A stretch of DNA of 64,000 bases from positions 34,507 through 98,506 of IMG/VR virus record IMGVR_UViG_3300020175_000005; one strand, written 5' to 3'. Position 1 is the stretch's first letter. Every line of letters begins with the position of its first letter. The position numbers were made by a program, and so were the translations under genes. The notes beneath the pieces are model-generated. The model ran no database searches. It was not told the origin of the DNA and saw only the letters and a program-made list of their open reading frames with translations. This document shows positions 18,244 to 26,087 of the stretch, piece after piece. The stretch comes from a virus.

Positions 18244-19008
18244 TCAGATAGTTTCCACAAAAGCTCGCTCTTGAACAAAATGACCGGGTGATCTCATTGT
18301 ACCATGTTCCCAACCAGCAGCTTCTAGCATGTCACGAATTTCATTGTTAAAGGCAGGCCCGCCACAAATCATTATTCTGTCTCTGCTTTTGTCGAAGAAT
18401 TCTTGGTCAATTCCCAGGTCACGGAACACGCTACCGTCGGCGATGTTGTCCGTAATTCTTCCAGTGAATCTACCCTCTCCAGGTTCTTCTCTAGTGACGG
18501 TTTGATACACTCGAGCTCCGTGTGCTTCAATTTCTTCCCGGAACACGAGCTCATCGTTAGTACGACAAGTGTGAGTAACGATAACTTCTTCATAATATTC
18601 ATATACCTCTGGATGTCTTGCTAGACTTAAGAAAGGTGCTAGTCCTGTACCTGTGCTAACCATCCAAAGTCTACCATTTTCATTAATACATGGCTCTGGA
18701 TCAAGATTACGAAGCAACAATGTACCGATAGCACGATGACTCACTTCTACAATATCTCCAACTTTAATGTGTTGTAGTTTACTTGTTAGTGGACCGTCTT
18801 GTACTTTGATACTAAAGAACTCTAAGAATTCGTCATCTGGAGAATTAGCAATTGAGTATGCACGTGTTACATCCGCATCCGGTATACCAATCATAGTAAA
18901 CTCGCCAGGCTGGAAGTTTTTCTTTTCCCACTCTGGGCCTTTTGTGGTTTTAAACCAAAACAAATCATCTGTGAAATGTTTAATCTCTAATACTGTTTCT
19001 TCGTTCAT
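18244..19008 (-). CDS. fpr: Ferredoxin--NADP+ reductase
   Basis: RAYSIA, GPLTSKLQ, STGTGLAPF and MICGGP motifs; ERAF near the C-terminus. Confidence 0.93.
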   Translation of the reverse strand: MNEETVLEIKHFTDDLFWFKTTKGPEWEKKNFQPGEFTMIGIPDADVTRAYSIANSPDDEFLEFFSIKVQDGPLTSKLQHIKVGDIVEVSHRAIGTLLLRNLDPEPCINENGRLWMVSTGTGLAPFLSLARHPEVYEYYEEVIVTHTCRTNDELVFREEIEAHGARVYQTVTREEPGEGRFTGRITDNIADGSVFRDLGIDQEFFDKSRDRIMICGGPAFNNEIRDMLEAAGWEHGTMRSPGHFVQERAFVETI

Positions 19009-19775
19009 TATACTTCCTTATAGAATTGTATGTTTATCCCACTCTTTAGCCAACGATAATTTGGCTTGCTTCTGCGTGTGCAACTGGCATGTATCTGACA
19101 AGCATCAAAAAGCATCACATCACCAGGCGTGTATGTAAAAACTTTTTCTATGCTCAAGCCTCTTAAATTACCAGAAGGTATTTGTGGAAATAAAAACTCA
19201 GTTTCTCTTTTATATTCTTTCTGCATGTCTGCTATTTTACCATCAATAGTAGTACATTCAGGATATTCTCTTGCAACAGTATAGTCGCTGTTGCCTTGCT
19301 CACTTTTATGCAATCTGTCCAAAGTAACACTGTAACCAATGTGTCTCTGATCAAAAAAGGCAGTTTGTGCGTCACTCCAATTGGTAATCATAAGTGGTAT
19401 CACACAGCTCTTGTATGGTATGATATTGTTAGTCCACTCCTCGTTGCATTCACGCTCACTCAATAAGTCAACATGAGCATCATGTAACTGTGTGGTTATG
19501 TAAAAGTTTCCGCTGTGATTGTCGCTAAATTCACCTATTTCTTTCTGAAACTTTTCTTTTAGGACTGGCATGTGTTCAAAAAGTTTGTTGACATCACATA
19601 CTGGTTGCATATTGTTGCTGCTAGGTGCCCACTTTAGACGATCAGCTAACTGAAATTGTAACAAACTTAATTGTTCAATTTCGTCAGGGGTAAACATATT
19701 GTTGACCAGCCTAGCAGGCTCATAATTGTCAACAATGGTCCGTTGATGTTTTTTGCAATTTTCTATATATGTCAT
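19008..19775 (-). CDS. Putative 2OG-Fe(II) oxygenase-like protein
   Basis: HDAHVD...PGDVMLFDACQIHAS; paralog of the next ORF. Confidence 0.6.
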   Translation of the reverse strand: MTYIENCKKHQRTIVDNYEPARLVNNMFTPDEIEQLSLLQFQLADRLKWAPSSNNMQPVCDVNKLFEHMPVLKEKFQKEIGEFSDNHSGNFYITTQLHDAHVDLLSERECNEEWTNNIIPYKSCVIPLMITNWSDAQTAFFDQRHIGYSVTLDRLHKSEQGNSDYTVAREYPECTTIDGKIADMQKEYKRETEFLFPQIPSGNLRGLSIEKVFTYTPGDVMLFDACQIHASCTRRSKPNYRWLKSGINIQFYKEV

Positions 19776-20497
19776 TTTAAATATGTAAAAACACTAAGTC
19801 CTAATTTTTTACTAATACCGTTTTTATTAAAATTGGCGCCGCAGTGTATTCTTGCTGTATCAAATACAATAATATCGCCTGGCTTCCAGGTAACAATATT
19901 TTCCACACTCAATCCATGAAATGCATCATAATGCTGGTGTGAAAAATATTCAGTGTGCGTCTCTCGACAAAATTCCTTACCAGTATTATACTTTAACAAA
20001 CTGTTATCTGTCAAGTCTTGATTGTAATATACACTGGGAGATTGGTGACCAGGTCTGCGTATTTTTACAGGACCATTAAGGTAACACTGATCAAAAACTC
20101 CAAATTGTGTGGGCTCTATAATATCTAGAGGTATTACAACTGTTTTGTGTAATCTAGGCCATAGTCGCTTATTATCATCATTGTGCAATATATGTGGCTT
20201 TCTGACTTCATAAAAATTACCAGCAAATGTCCCATGTGGCCCTATAAGGTCAGTAATAAGACGATCAACATCAAACCACCAACCAGGTAATACGTCAGTT
20301 CTCTCTGGCCAAAAATCCACTGTTACTGGTCCAGTATTCTTGTAATTCTTTTCACTATTCTGGAAGGCGTGAATTAGCCTTTCCAGCAAGCGTTCACTTA
20401 CTACATTTTCATGAACCACAGTCGGTTCAAGTCTGGATAATATTTCTCTTTTTTCTGATACTGTTCTTGTCATAATGATAAATAGCTTTATATACAT
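19772..20497 (-). CDS. Putative 2OG-Fe(II) oxygenase-like protein
   Basis: HILHND...PGDIIVFDTARIHCG. Confidence 0.6.
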   Translation of the reverse strand: MYIKLFIIMTRTVSEKREILSRLEPTVVHENVVSERLLERLIHAFQNSEKNYKNTGPVTVDFWPERTDVLPGWWFDVDRLITDLIGPHGTFAGNFYEVRKPHILHNDDNKRLWPRLHKTVVIPLDIIEPTQFGVFDQCYLNGPVKIRRPGHQSPSVYYNQDLTDNSLLKYNTGKEFCRETHTEYFSHQHYDAFHGLSVENIVTWKPGDIIVFDTARIHCGANFNKNGISKKLGLSVFTYLK

Positions 20498-20523
20498 ACT
20501 TATTTATACTAGGAGAAAAATTC

Positions 20524-21876
20524 ATGGAAAAATTTATAGGTACTGAAACCCCATCTGAATTCATTAAACATAACTTGGTAGTAGGAATTCTTGCCAACAA
20601 TCGTATCAAAGACCAAATAGCTGACGGATACTTGAAAAACCTAACTGAATTTTATACTCAGGAATTTTTCCTAGGAGGACTAACAGTAATATACGGAGAA
20701 AATCCAGAAGACTTGATGGCTCAAACAAGCGAATTAGGAAAATCACATCTAGTTGCATTAAAGGTCGGTAATATCACTACATCTTTCCTAGACACTCTCA
20801 TTAACTTTTTTGAAAGGTTTTATGATGATGAAGTTTTAATTGGTCACATCTTAGACAGGGGAGATAGCTATTATGAGATACACCCGCAATTCTTCCTAAT
20901 AGATATTAAATGGTGGGAAAGTGTTGGAAAACCAATGTTTGGTATTCGTAGACACAACACTGAGTGGGAAGCTACTATTCCCGAAAGAAGCAATGACAAT
21001 TGGCATGACGATTACACTCCTAAATGGATTAAAAATGGATCAACAAAAAGAACATATACCTCCAAAGAGTATGGCTGGAACATTATATCTCTTGCATTAG
21101 ATAGTGGCAAAAAAGTAGGGGTATGGCAAAAGTATATGCGCGACAGTAAAAAATATCTTTATCCCGAAGTCGAAGAAGCATATGCAGGAAACATTAATGA
21201 AGTTCTTAGATTGTTAGATACATCAAAGTTTTTTTGCTCAAATACCGAAGACATTCATGTTAGTGGAAACATTGTTGCAGATACAGTAATATGTACCGCA
21301 GGTGGACCATCGCCAATTCTACATGCGTTTGCTTATAACATGAAATCTGGAGGAAACTTAGTAGTAGTAGATGTTAGTGAGCTTGCATTAAATATTATGC
21401 AAGATATGTTTGCTACATGGGATGGCAGAGATTACCATAGTTGGCTAGAAGAATATAGAAAAAACTCTTCAGCAATTCGTGGTCGTATGATAGCATTTGA
21501 AAGAGTGGAAAAGCAAAGTAAATGGATGGACGAAATTCCAGGTTTTGAAGAGTGGTATAATGAAGTTTGGCCGCATATCAATAAACAGTTCATTAAACAA
21601 AGTATTTTAGATGTTGACCAATTCACAAAACGCATTGATAGTTTTTTCCAACCTGATAATATAGTAGTAGTGCATACCAGTAATATTTTCCATTATTTGC
21701 CAACTTCATTGTTTTACAACTATAATATAAGATGGCATTTGTTTTGGAAACTAAAAAATTATGTAACGAGAAAACAAGCTACTGTTGAAGGTCTAAAAGT
21801 TATTCAGAGAATACTGTTTAATGATCATCATAGAAAGATAATGGAGATTTTACCATGGTACAAGAAGATAGACTAG
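20524..21876 (+). CDS. Hypothetical protein
   Basis: 450-aa ORF with AGGAGA RBS; one of the few plus-strand genes. Confidence 0.8.
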   Translation: MEKFIGTETPSEFIKHNLVVGILANNRIKDQIADGYLKNLTEFYTQEFFLGGLTVIYGENPEDLMAQTSELGKSHLVALKVGNITTSFLDTLINFFERFYDDEVLIGHILDRGDSYYEIHPQFFLIDIKWWESVGKPMFGIRRHNTEWEATIPERSNDNWHDDYTPKWIKNGSTKRTYTSKEYGWNIISLALDSGKKVGVWQKYMRDSKKYLYPEVEEAYAGNINEVLRLLDTSKFFCSNTEDIHVSGNIVADTVICTAGGPSPILHAFAYNMKSGGNLVVVDVSELALNIMQDMFATWDGRDYHSWLEEYRKNSSAIRGRMIAFERVEKQSKWMDEIPGFEEWYNEVWPHINKQFIKQSILDVDQFTKRIDSFFQPDNIVVVHTSNIFHYLPTSLFYNYNIRWHLFWKLKNYVTRKQATVEGLKVIQRILFNDHHRKIMEILPWYKKID

Positions 21877-22604
21877 CAAAAGTTTTAGATTTCATACAAG
21901 AATGCAAGCAACATAAACACTACGCATATATTGAGTCGCCGCCAGAAGCGTATAGTTATTGGAAAGAAATAAGACAAACACGACAGTTATATTTTAAATG
22001 GATCATGAAACACAGTAATTGTCCCAGTTTACGTTTGAGCATTGATATACCACACCGAGAAATACTAGCAGAAGCAGAAAATGCAAACGAATACTTCGTA
22101 AAGCATCGTGGAAATAATCATCCTGGCTGGGAGAGTATGACATTGCATGGCCAAGGAATACATTATACCGACAACATAAAACAATATCCAGATGCGCCAC
22201 AAGAATATAATTGGACTGAATTAACAAAATATTGTCCTATAACAACTGAGTGGTTCAAAGATGTGTGGCCTAATTCAGGCAATATGCAACGTGTTAGATT
22301 TATGATGCTGCGTCCTGGAGGTTGGATTACACCACATCAAGATTTAGATCGTCGAGAAATTAGTGCATTTAATATCGCTCTCAGCAATCCAGAAGGATGT
22401 GAATTTGCAATGGAAGATGCAAATATTATTCCTTGGAAACCAGGAGATGTTAGAGGGATTGATGTTGGGAGAAAGCACTGCGTATACAACGGAAGCAATC
22501 AGGATCGCATACATATGATTGTTCATGACAACTGGAGTCCAAACAAATATGACCTCGTTTGTCAAGCATATGATGACTTGTTAATAGAGAATAACACTTT
22601 GTAA
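21855..22604 (+). CDS. Aspartyl/asparaginyl beta-hydroxylase-family 2OG-Fe(II) oxygenase
   Basis: RVRFMMLRPGGWITPHQD...HCVYNGSNQDRIHMIV. Confidence 0.85.
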   Translation: MVQEDRLAKVLDFIQECKQHKHYAYIESPPEAYSYWKEIRQTRQLYFKWIMKHSNCPSLRLSIDIPHREILAEAENANEYFVKHRGNNHPGWESMTLHGQGIHYTDNIKQYPDAPQEYNWTELTKYCPITTEWFKDVWPNSGNMQRVRFMMLRPGGWITPHQDLDRREISAFNIALSNPEGCEFAMEDANIIPWKPGDVRGIDVGRKHCVYNGSNQDRIHMIVHDNWSPNKYDLVCQAYDDLLIENNTL

Positions 22605-22606
22605 TG

Positions 22607-22781
22607 TGCGACTATTCTGTTGCTAGGTCAGTCGCCAACCCCCACGTGCTTAAATTAAGCCGCTAATGCCATTTCTGGCGCTTTATTTGCGTTTGCAATT
22701 AAAAAGTTTGTTCGCGGTAACGGCGCTTACATCCCGGTAACTCCACTCTTCTATCCTGCCTGTCGATCCTATTTCGACCCC
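22607..22781 (-). ncRNA. ssrA: tmRNA coding piece of a permuted two-piece tmRNA; tag ANANKAPEMALAA*
   Basis: 5' end GGGGTCGAAATAGGATCGAC; tag ORF GCA AAC GCA AAT AAA GCG CCA GAA ATG GCA TTA GCG GCT TAA (22696-22655); terminal hairpin GCGACT...AGTCGC. Confidence 0.92.
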
Positions 22782-22793
22782 ATCATAAACACA

Positions 22794-23027
22794 CTATTCA
22801 AACCAAAGTAGGAAATCCATACTTCCTGTAATATTATATAATACGATTAGTATCATACAAAACCACAGTAGCCAAAATAACCAAAAGCCTAAAAATCTGT
22901 ACACCTTTTCCATAGGCAAATACTTTTCTAGAAGTGTAGTGATATCCCACACATATCTAAATTGTAGGAACCAACAAAACCATCTTACGTATTTGTTAGG
23001 TGTATTTTCTTTTGTTATCTTAGTCAT
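22794..23027 (-). CDS. Small Trp/Phe-rich membrane protein within the tmRNA intervening segment
   Basis: 77 aa, AGGGA RBS, C-terminal TM helix. Confidence 0.7.
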   Translation of the reverse strand: MTKITKENTPNKYVRWFCWFLQFRYVWDITTLLEKYLPMEKVYRFLGFWLFWLLWFCMILIVLYNITGSMDFLLWFE

Positions 23028-23045
23028 TATTCCCTAATGTGTTTA

Positions 23046-23105
23046 TGGTGGAGTCGCTGGGTACCGCCCCCAGGTCCAGTTCAGTCGTCAAATTGCTTCA
23101 ACGTT
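23046..23105 (-). ncRNA. ssrA: tmRNA acceptor piece (3' half with T-arm and CCA)
   Basis: ...GACCTGGGGGCGGTACCCAGCGACTCCACCA; CGACTCC pairs with GGGGTCG, giving the G3:U70 Ala determinant. Confidence 0.9.
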
Positions 23106-23112
23106 ACAATAC

Positions 23113-23143
23113 TATTTATAACATATGTATTCAGAGTTGTCAA
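23113..23143 (-). promoter_or_regulatory. Overlapping early (TTGACA-17-TATAAA) and late (TATAAATA) promoter for the tmRNA
   Basis: TTGACA actctgaatacatatgt TATAAATA. Confidence 0.8.
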
Positions 23144-23152
23144 GTATTAAAT

Positions 23153-23180
23153 AAAAAAAGGGAGCATTAAGCTCCCCTTT
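23153..23180 (-). terminator. Intrinsic terminator after the porin-like gene
   Basis: AAAGGGGAGC-TTAAT-GCTCCCCTTTTTTT. Confidence 0.85.
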
Positions 23181-23204
23181 AATAATAACAATGTTATTGT
23201 TAGA

Positions 23205-23597
23205 TTAGAATGCGAATGATGCTGTAAGTGTAATCTCACCACGTTCTTCTGCTTCTAAGTCATATGATGTCACTGCTTCGATTGTAAGATCGTCACGTAG
23301 TGCATATGAACCACCAAACTCTAGTACTGGAAGATGATCGAATTCGTCATCCATTGTAAAATCATTTGTGTTATCCCATACTGACAATTTAGTGCCTGTT
23401 GTTAGCTCTAGGCCGTCAACCTGTGGTACCACAAATGTTAGCTCTGGGTTGATTGTGATAATTGATGTATCAGCATCTACTTTACGTTCTGCTTTTACTT
23501 CTGTTTCTAGTGAGAAACCATTACCCAATTGTGTTTCAGCTTGTGCTGTGCCAGCCAAAAGTGTCGCTACAACTGTAGCTGCGAAAATATTTTTCAT
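23205..23597 (-). CDS. Small outer-membrane beta-barrel (porin-like) protein
   Basis: Signal peptide ending AQA, alternating amphipathic strands, C-terminal Phe (TLTASFAF). Confidence 0.75.
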   Translation of the reverse strand: MKNIFAATVVATLLAGTAQAETQLGNGFSLETEVKAERKVDADTSIITINPELTFVVPQVDGLELTTGTKLSVWDNTNDFTMDDEFDHLPVLEFGGSYALRDDLTIEAVTSYDLEAEERGEITLTASFAF

Positions 23598-23760
23598 TTT
23601 TGTAAATCCTTATTAATAATGAAAACCGGCGCAAATCAACGCCGGTGCGGTATTATTTAATACTATAATACTTATCACTAATATAAGCTATAATTAAAAT
23701 TTTGCAAGTTATTCAGGAATTAATTATATATGTGTGTTAATTATGTTACAAAATATATTT

Positions 23761-23837
23761 TGGTCTCGGTGGTAGGATTCGAACCTACGGTCTCCTGGTC
23801 CCAAACCAGGCGCTTTACCATACTAAGCTACACCGAG
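23761..23837 (-). tRNA. tRNA-Pro(UGG)
   Basis: Cloverleaf, anticodon TGG, encoded CCA. Confidence 0.95.
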
Positions 23838-23843
23838 TAAACT

Positions 23844-23917
23844 TGGCAAAGGTGAGGAGAATCGAACTCCTGCTTCTGGTTTTGGAGACCAGCGTGATAC
23901 CATTTCACTACACCCTC
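23844..23917 (-). tRNA. tRNA-Trp(CCA)
   Basis: Cloverleaf, CT-CCA-AA loop, encoded CCA. Confidence 0.95.
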
Positions 23918-24002
23918 ATTTTTTAAAAACACACTAACCTCAATCCTTTCGGGATCTATGTTCTGCAAAACTTCCCATTGCAGTGGGACATAGTGTGCTT
24001 AT

Positions 24003-24036
24003 AAAAAAGCCCCTAATGAATTAACACTAGGGGCTT
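24003..24036 (-). terminator. Intrinsic terminator (candidate attenuator) upstream of tRNA-Trp and tRNA-Pro
   Basis: AAGCCCCTAGTG-ttaatt-CATTAGGGGCTTTTTT. Confidence 0.9.
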
Positions 24037-24066
24037 GCTTAAAATAACTTTTGTTAAAAAGTCACG

Positions 24067-24126
24067 TCAAAACATTCCCCAATCTCTTGGCGGCCAACAA
24101 GTAATATATGTTGTAGTATTTGACAT
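24067..24126 (-). CDS. Candidate attenuator leader peptide MSNTTTYITCWPPRDWGMF
   Basis: AGAGAGA RBS; TGG CCG CCA...TGG control codons; lies between a promoter and a terminator. Confidence 0.7.
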   Translation of the reverse strand: MSNTTTYITCWPPRDWGMF

Positions 24127-24153
24127 GTTATTATCTCTCTTTGTTATACACTT

Positions 24154-24182
24154 AATATAGTACATGTTGTACCGAATGTCAA
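24154..24182 (-). promoter_or_regulatory. Sigma70-type promoter for the leader peptide and tRNA-Trp/Pro
   Basis: TTGACA-ttcggtacaacatgtac-TATATT (17-nt spacer). Confidence 0.85.
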
Positions 24183-24212
24183 GTGTTTTCTTAAAAATAT
24201 TTATCTTTTATA

Positions 24213-24289
24213 TGGTAGAGACAAGTGGACTCGAACCACCGACCTTTCGCTTATCAGGCGAATGCTCTAACCAACTGAGCTATGTCTCT
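24213..24289 (-). tRNA. tRNA-Ile(GAU)
   Basis: Cloverleaf, CT-GAT-AA loop, CCA. Confidence 0.95.
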
Positions 24290-24293
24290 ATAA

Positions 24294-24368
24294 TGGCTGG
24301 AACGATAGGACTCGAACCTATACTCTGCGCTACCAAAAAGCGATGCATTACCATTATGCTACGTTCCA
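24294..24368 (-). tRNA. tRNA-Gln(UUG)
   Basis: Cloverleaf, TT-TTG-GT loop, CCA. Confidence 0.9.
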
Positions 24369-24384
24369 TTACCATTATGATTTA

Positions 24385-24459
24385 TGGTACTCCCTAGGGG
24401 AATCGAACCCCTCTTTCCAGGTTGAAAACCTGGCGTCCTAACCGATAGACGAAGGGAGC
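24385..24459 (-). tRNA. tRNA-Glu(UUC)
   Basis: Cloverleaf, TT-TTC-AA loop, CCA. Confidence 0.95.
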
Positions 24460-24471
24460 GTACTATAAAAA

Positions 24472-24548
24472 TGGCGCGGTTGACGGGACTCGAACCCGCG
24501 ACCCCCGGCGTGACAGGCCGGTACTCTAACCAACTGAGCTACAACCGC
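24472..24548 (-). tRNA. tRNA-Asp(GUC)
   Basis: Cloverleaf, CT-GTC-AC loop, CCA; TTGACA-17-TACGTT promoter upstream. Confidence 0.95.
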
Positions 24549-24602
24549 TTTTAAACAATTTATAAACTAACGTAACACATTGTCTTTATTGTGTCAACAA
24601 AA

Positions 24603-24998
24603 TTATTTATCTTTTTTAATTAATGCACTTATATCATTTGTTGAACGTGCATGTTCTTGTCCAGTTAATTGATCAATTTCCACACTGCACTCTTTAACAC
24701 ATATAGCTGATGGATTGTCACTTTCCCAACCAGGATACCATATATAATCGTTATAAAACTCGTGGTTAACAATTTCGTCTAGTGTATAGTTATCCAAATT
24801 ATTCCAATTCGGATCTTGATCGTGTGCTGCGATATATTTTTCATCATTTAGTAAGCGAGGTGGTTCATTTGCCTCATTAGCGAATCTCTTATCCCAAGCA
24901 TTGGCAAAATAACAACAAGGCCAAAGTCTACCATCACTGGTAACTTCCCAATCTCTGGTAGAGCCGTTAATAGCCATACAATCAATCTTGCACTTCAT
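24603..24998 (-). CDS. SPASM/twitch-like Fe-S domain protein
   Basis: VTSDGRLWPCC...NNL..YTLDEIVN...ICVKEC. Confidence 0.75.
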   Translation of the reverse strand: MKCKIDCMAINGSTRDWEVTSDGRLWPCCYFANAWDKRFANEANEPPRLLNDEKYIAAHDQDPNWNNLDNYTLDEIVNHEFYNDYIWYPGWESDNPSAICVKECSVEIDQLTGQEHARSTNDISALIKKDK

Positions 24999-25686
24999 AA
25001 CCAGTATCCTGTAATAACTCGTAAACGTATTTTAAATTATTCTCTGATATCAATCCATATGATCGATTATTCAATTTAAGCCAGAGCCTTGCGTTTATTT
25101 GTTGTGCCATTTTAATAGCATCAGAGACTTGATGCCAATTCCATTCAAATATAATAAATTGCCAAGATCCGTGTCCTTGATTTGCAAACCATGCCGTCAT
25201 GTTATCCATTGCACGTTGCCAATCAACGCCTTCACGATACATCCAGTTAGTGTCGTGATCAGTGCCGTCAACAGCAAAATGTATATAGAGCTTCCTAGGA
25301 TATTTTTGTGATAGTTTATTATACCATTCAGGATTTCTTAATCCACCATTAGTATTGATACAAACGTTATCGGAATATTGCATAGCAACATCAATAAAGT
25401 CTTCAATTTGTGGATGCATCATTGGATCCCCAAGCTCTCCACAAAAAACAATTTCATTAATTTTTAATGACGTGTTTTCAAGTCTCTTTTTGAATACGTC
25501 CAGGTCCATATGCTGTAACTGAACCCAAGATTCTTTCTGGCCCGTGTCTTCGTTTGTCCTAGCACAGGATCGACATCTGGCTTGACAATGAGTAGTTATT
25601 GCAAAATCAAAGCTATGTTTAGTTATTTCAGTCACACCAAGATTCTTTTTTATCACCATAATATTCACGGGCAAAGTTATTTTCAA
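24982..25686 (-). CDS. Radical SAM protein
   Basis: CQARCRSC (CxxxCxxC), CGELGDP, INTNG and FAVDG motifs; true start may be slightly downstream. Confidence 0.9.
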   Translation of the reverse strand: MKITLPVNIMVIKKNLGVTEITKHSFDFAITTHCQARCRSCARTNEDTGQKESWVQLQHMDLDVFKKRLENTSLKINEIVFCGELGDPMMHPQIEDFIDVAMQYSDNVCINTNGGLRNPEWYNKLSQKYPRKLYIHFAVDGTDHDTNWMYREGVDWQRAMDNMTAWFANQGHGSWQFIIFEWNWHQVSDAIKMAQQINARLWLKLNNRSYGLISENNLKYVYELLQDTGYEVQD

Positions 25687-26077
25687 TTAGTAAAAGGCGT
25701 AAACTCACGCCATCAATAATAATATCACCTAATACTCTGCCGCCATATTTGTCCCAATTGTAAATTGCAACTTTGATAGTGGTAGCACTATCAATTGCAT
25801 CTTGTGTAAACTGACTTGCTGCTGCACCTAATATTTTTTCAGCATCACATTTGCCGCGCCAGGACTTTTCTGGAGTATCTACCCCGTATACTCGAATACT
25901 TAATTCCTGCTTTAGTGGCTCAGGCAAAAAATCAGCTTTGAATGCCACAGTGTCTCCGTCAATCACACGGGTGACTTCAAAATCATATTCTACCATATCT
26001 GGCATATTTTCTTCGGCATAAACACTAGCTGTGCTGATTAATACAAGCATTATACTTGTTATTAGATTCTTAAACAT
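25628..26077 (-). CDS. Secreted thermonuclease (SNase-like)
   Basis: Signal peptide, RVIDGDTV, IRVYGVDTPE and DKYGGRVLG. Start re-called at MFKNL. Confidence 0.88.
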   Translation of the reverse strand: MFKNLITSIMLVLISTASVYAEENMPDMVEYDFEVTRVIDGDTVAFKADFLPEPLKQELSIRVYGVDTPEKSWRGKCDAEKILGAAASQFTQDAIDSATTIKVAIYNWDKYGGRVLGDIIIDGVSLRLLLIENNFAREYYGDKKESWCD

Positions 26078-26087
26078 TGGGGCTTCC

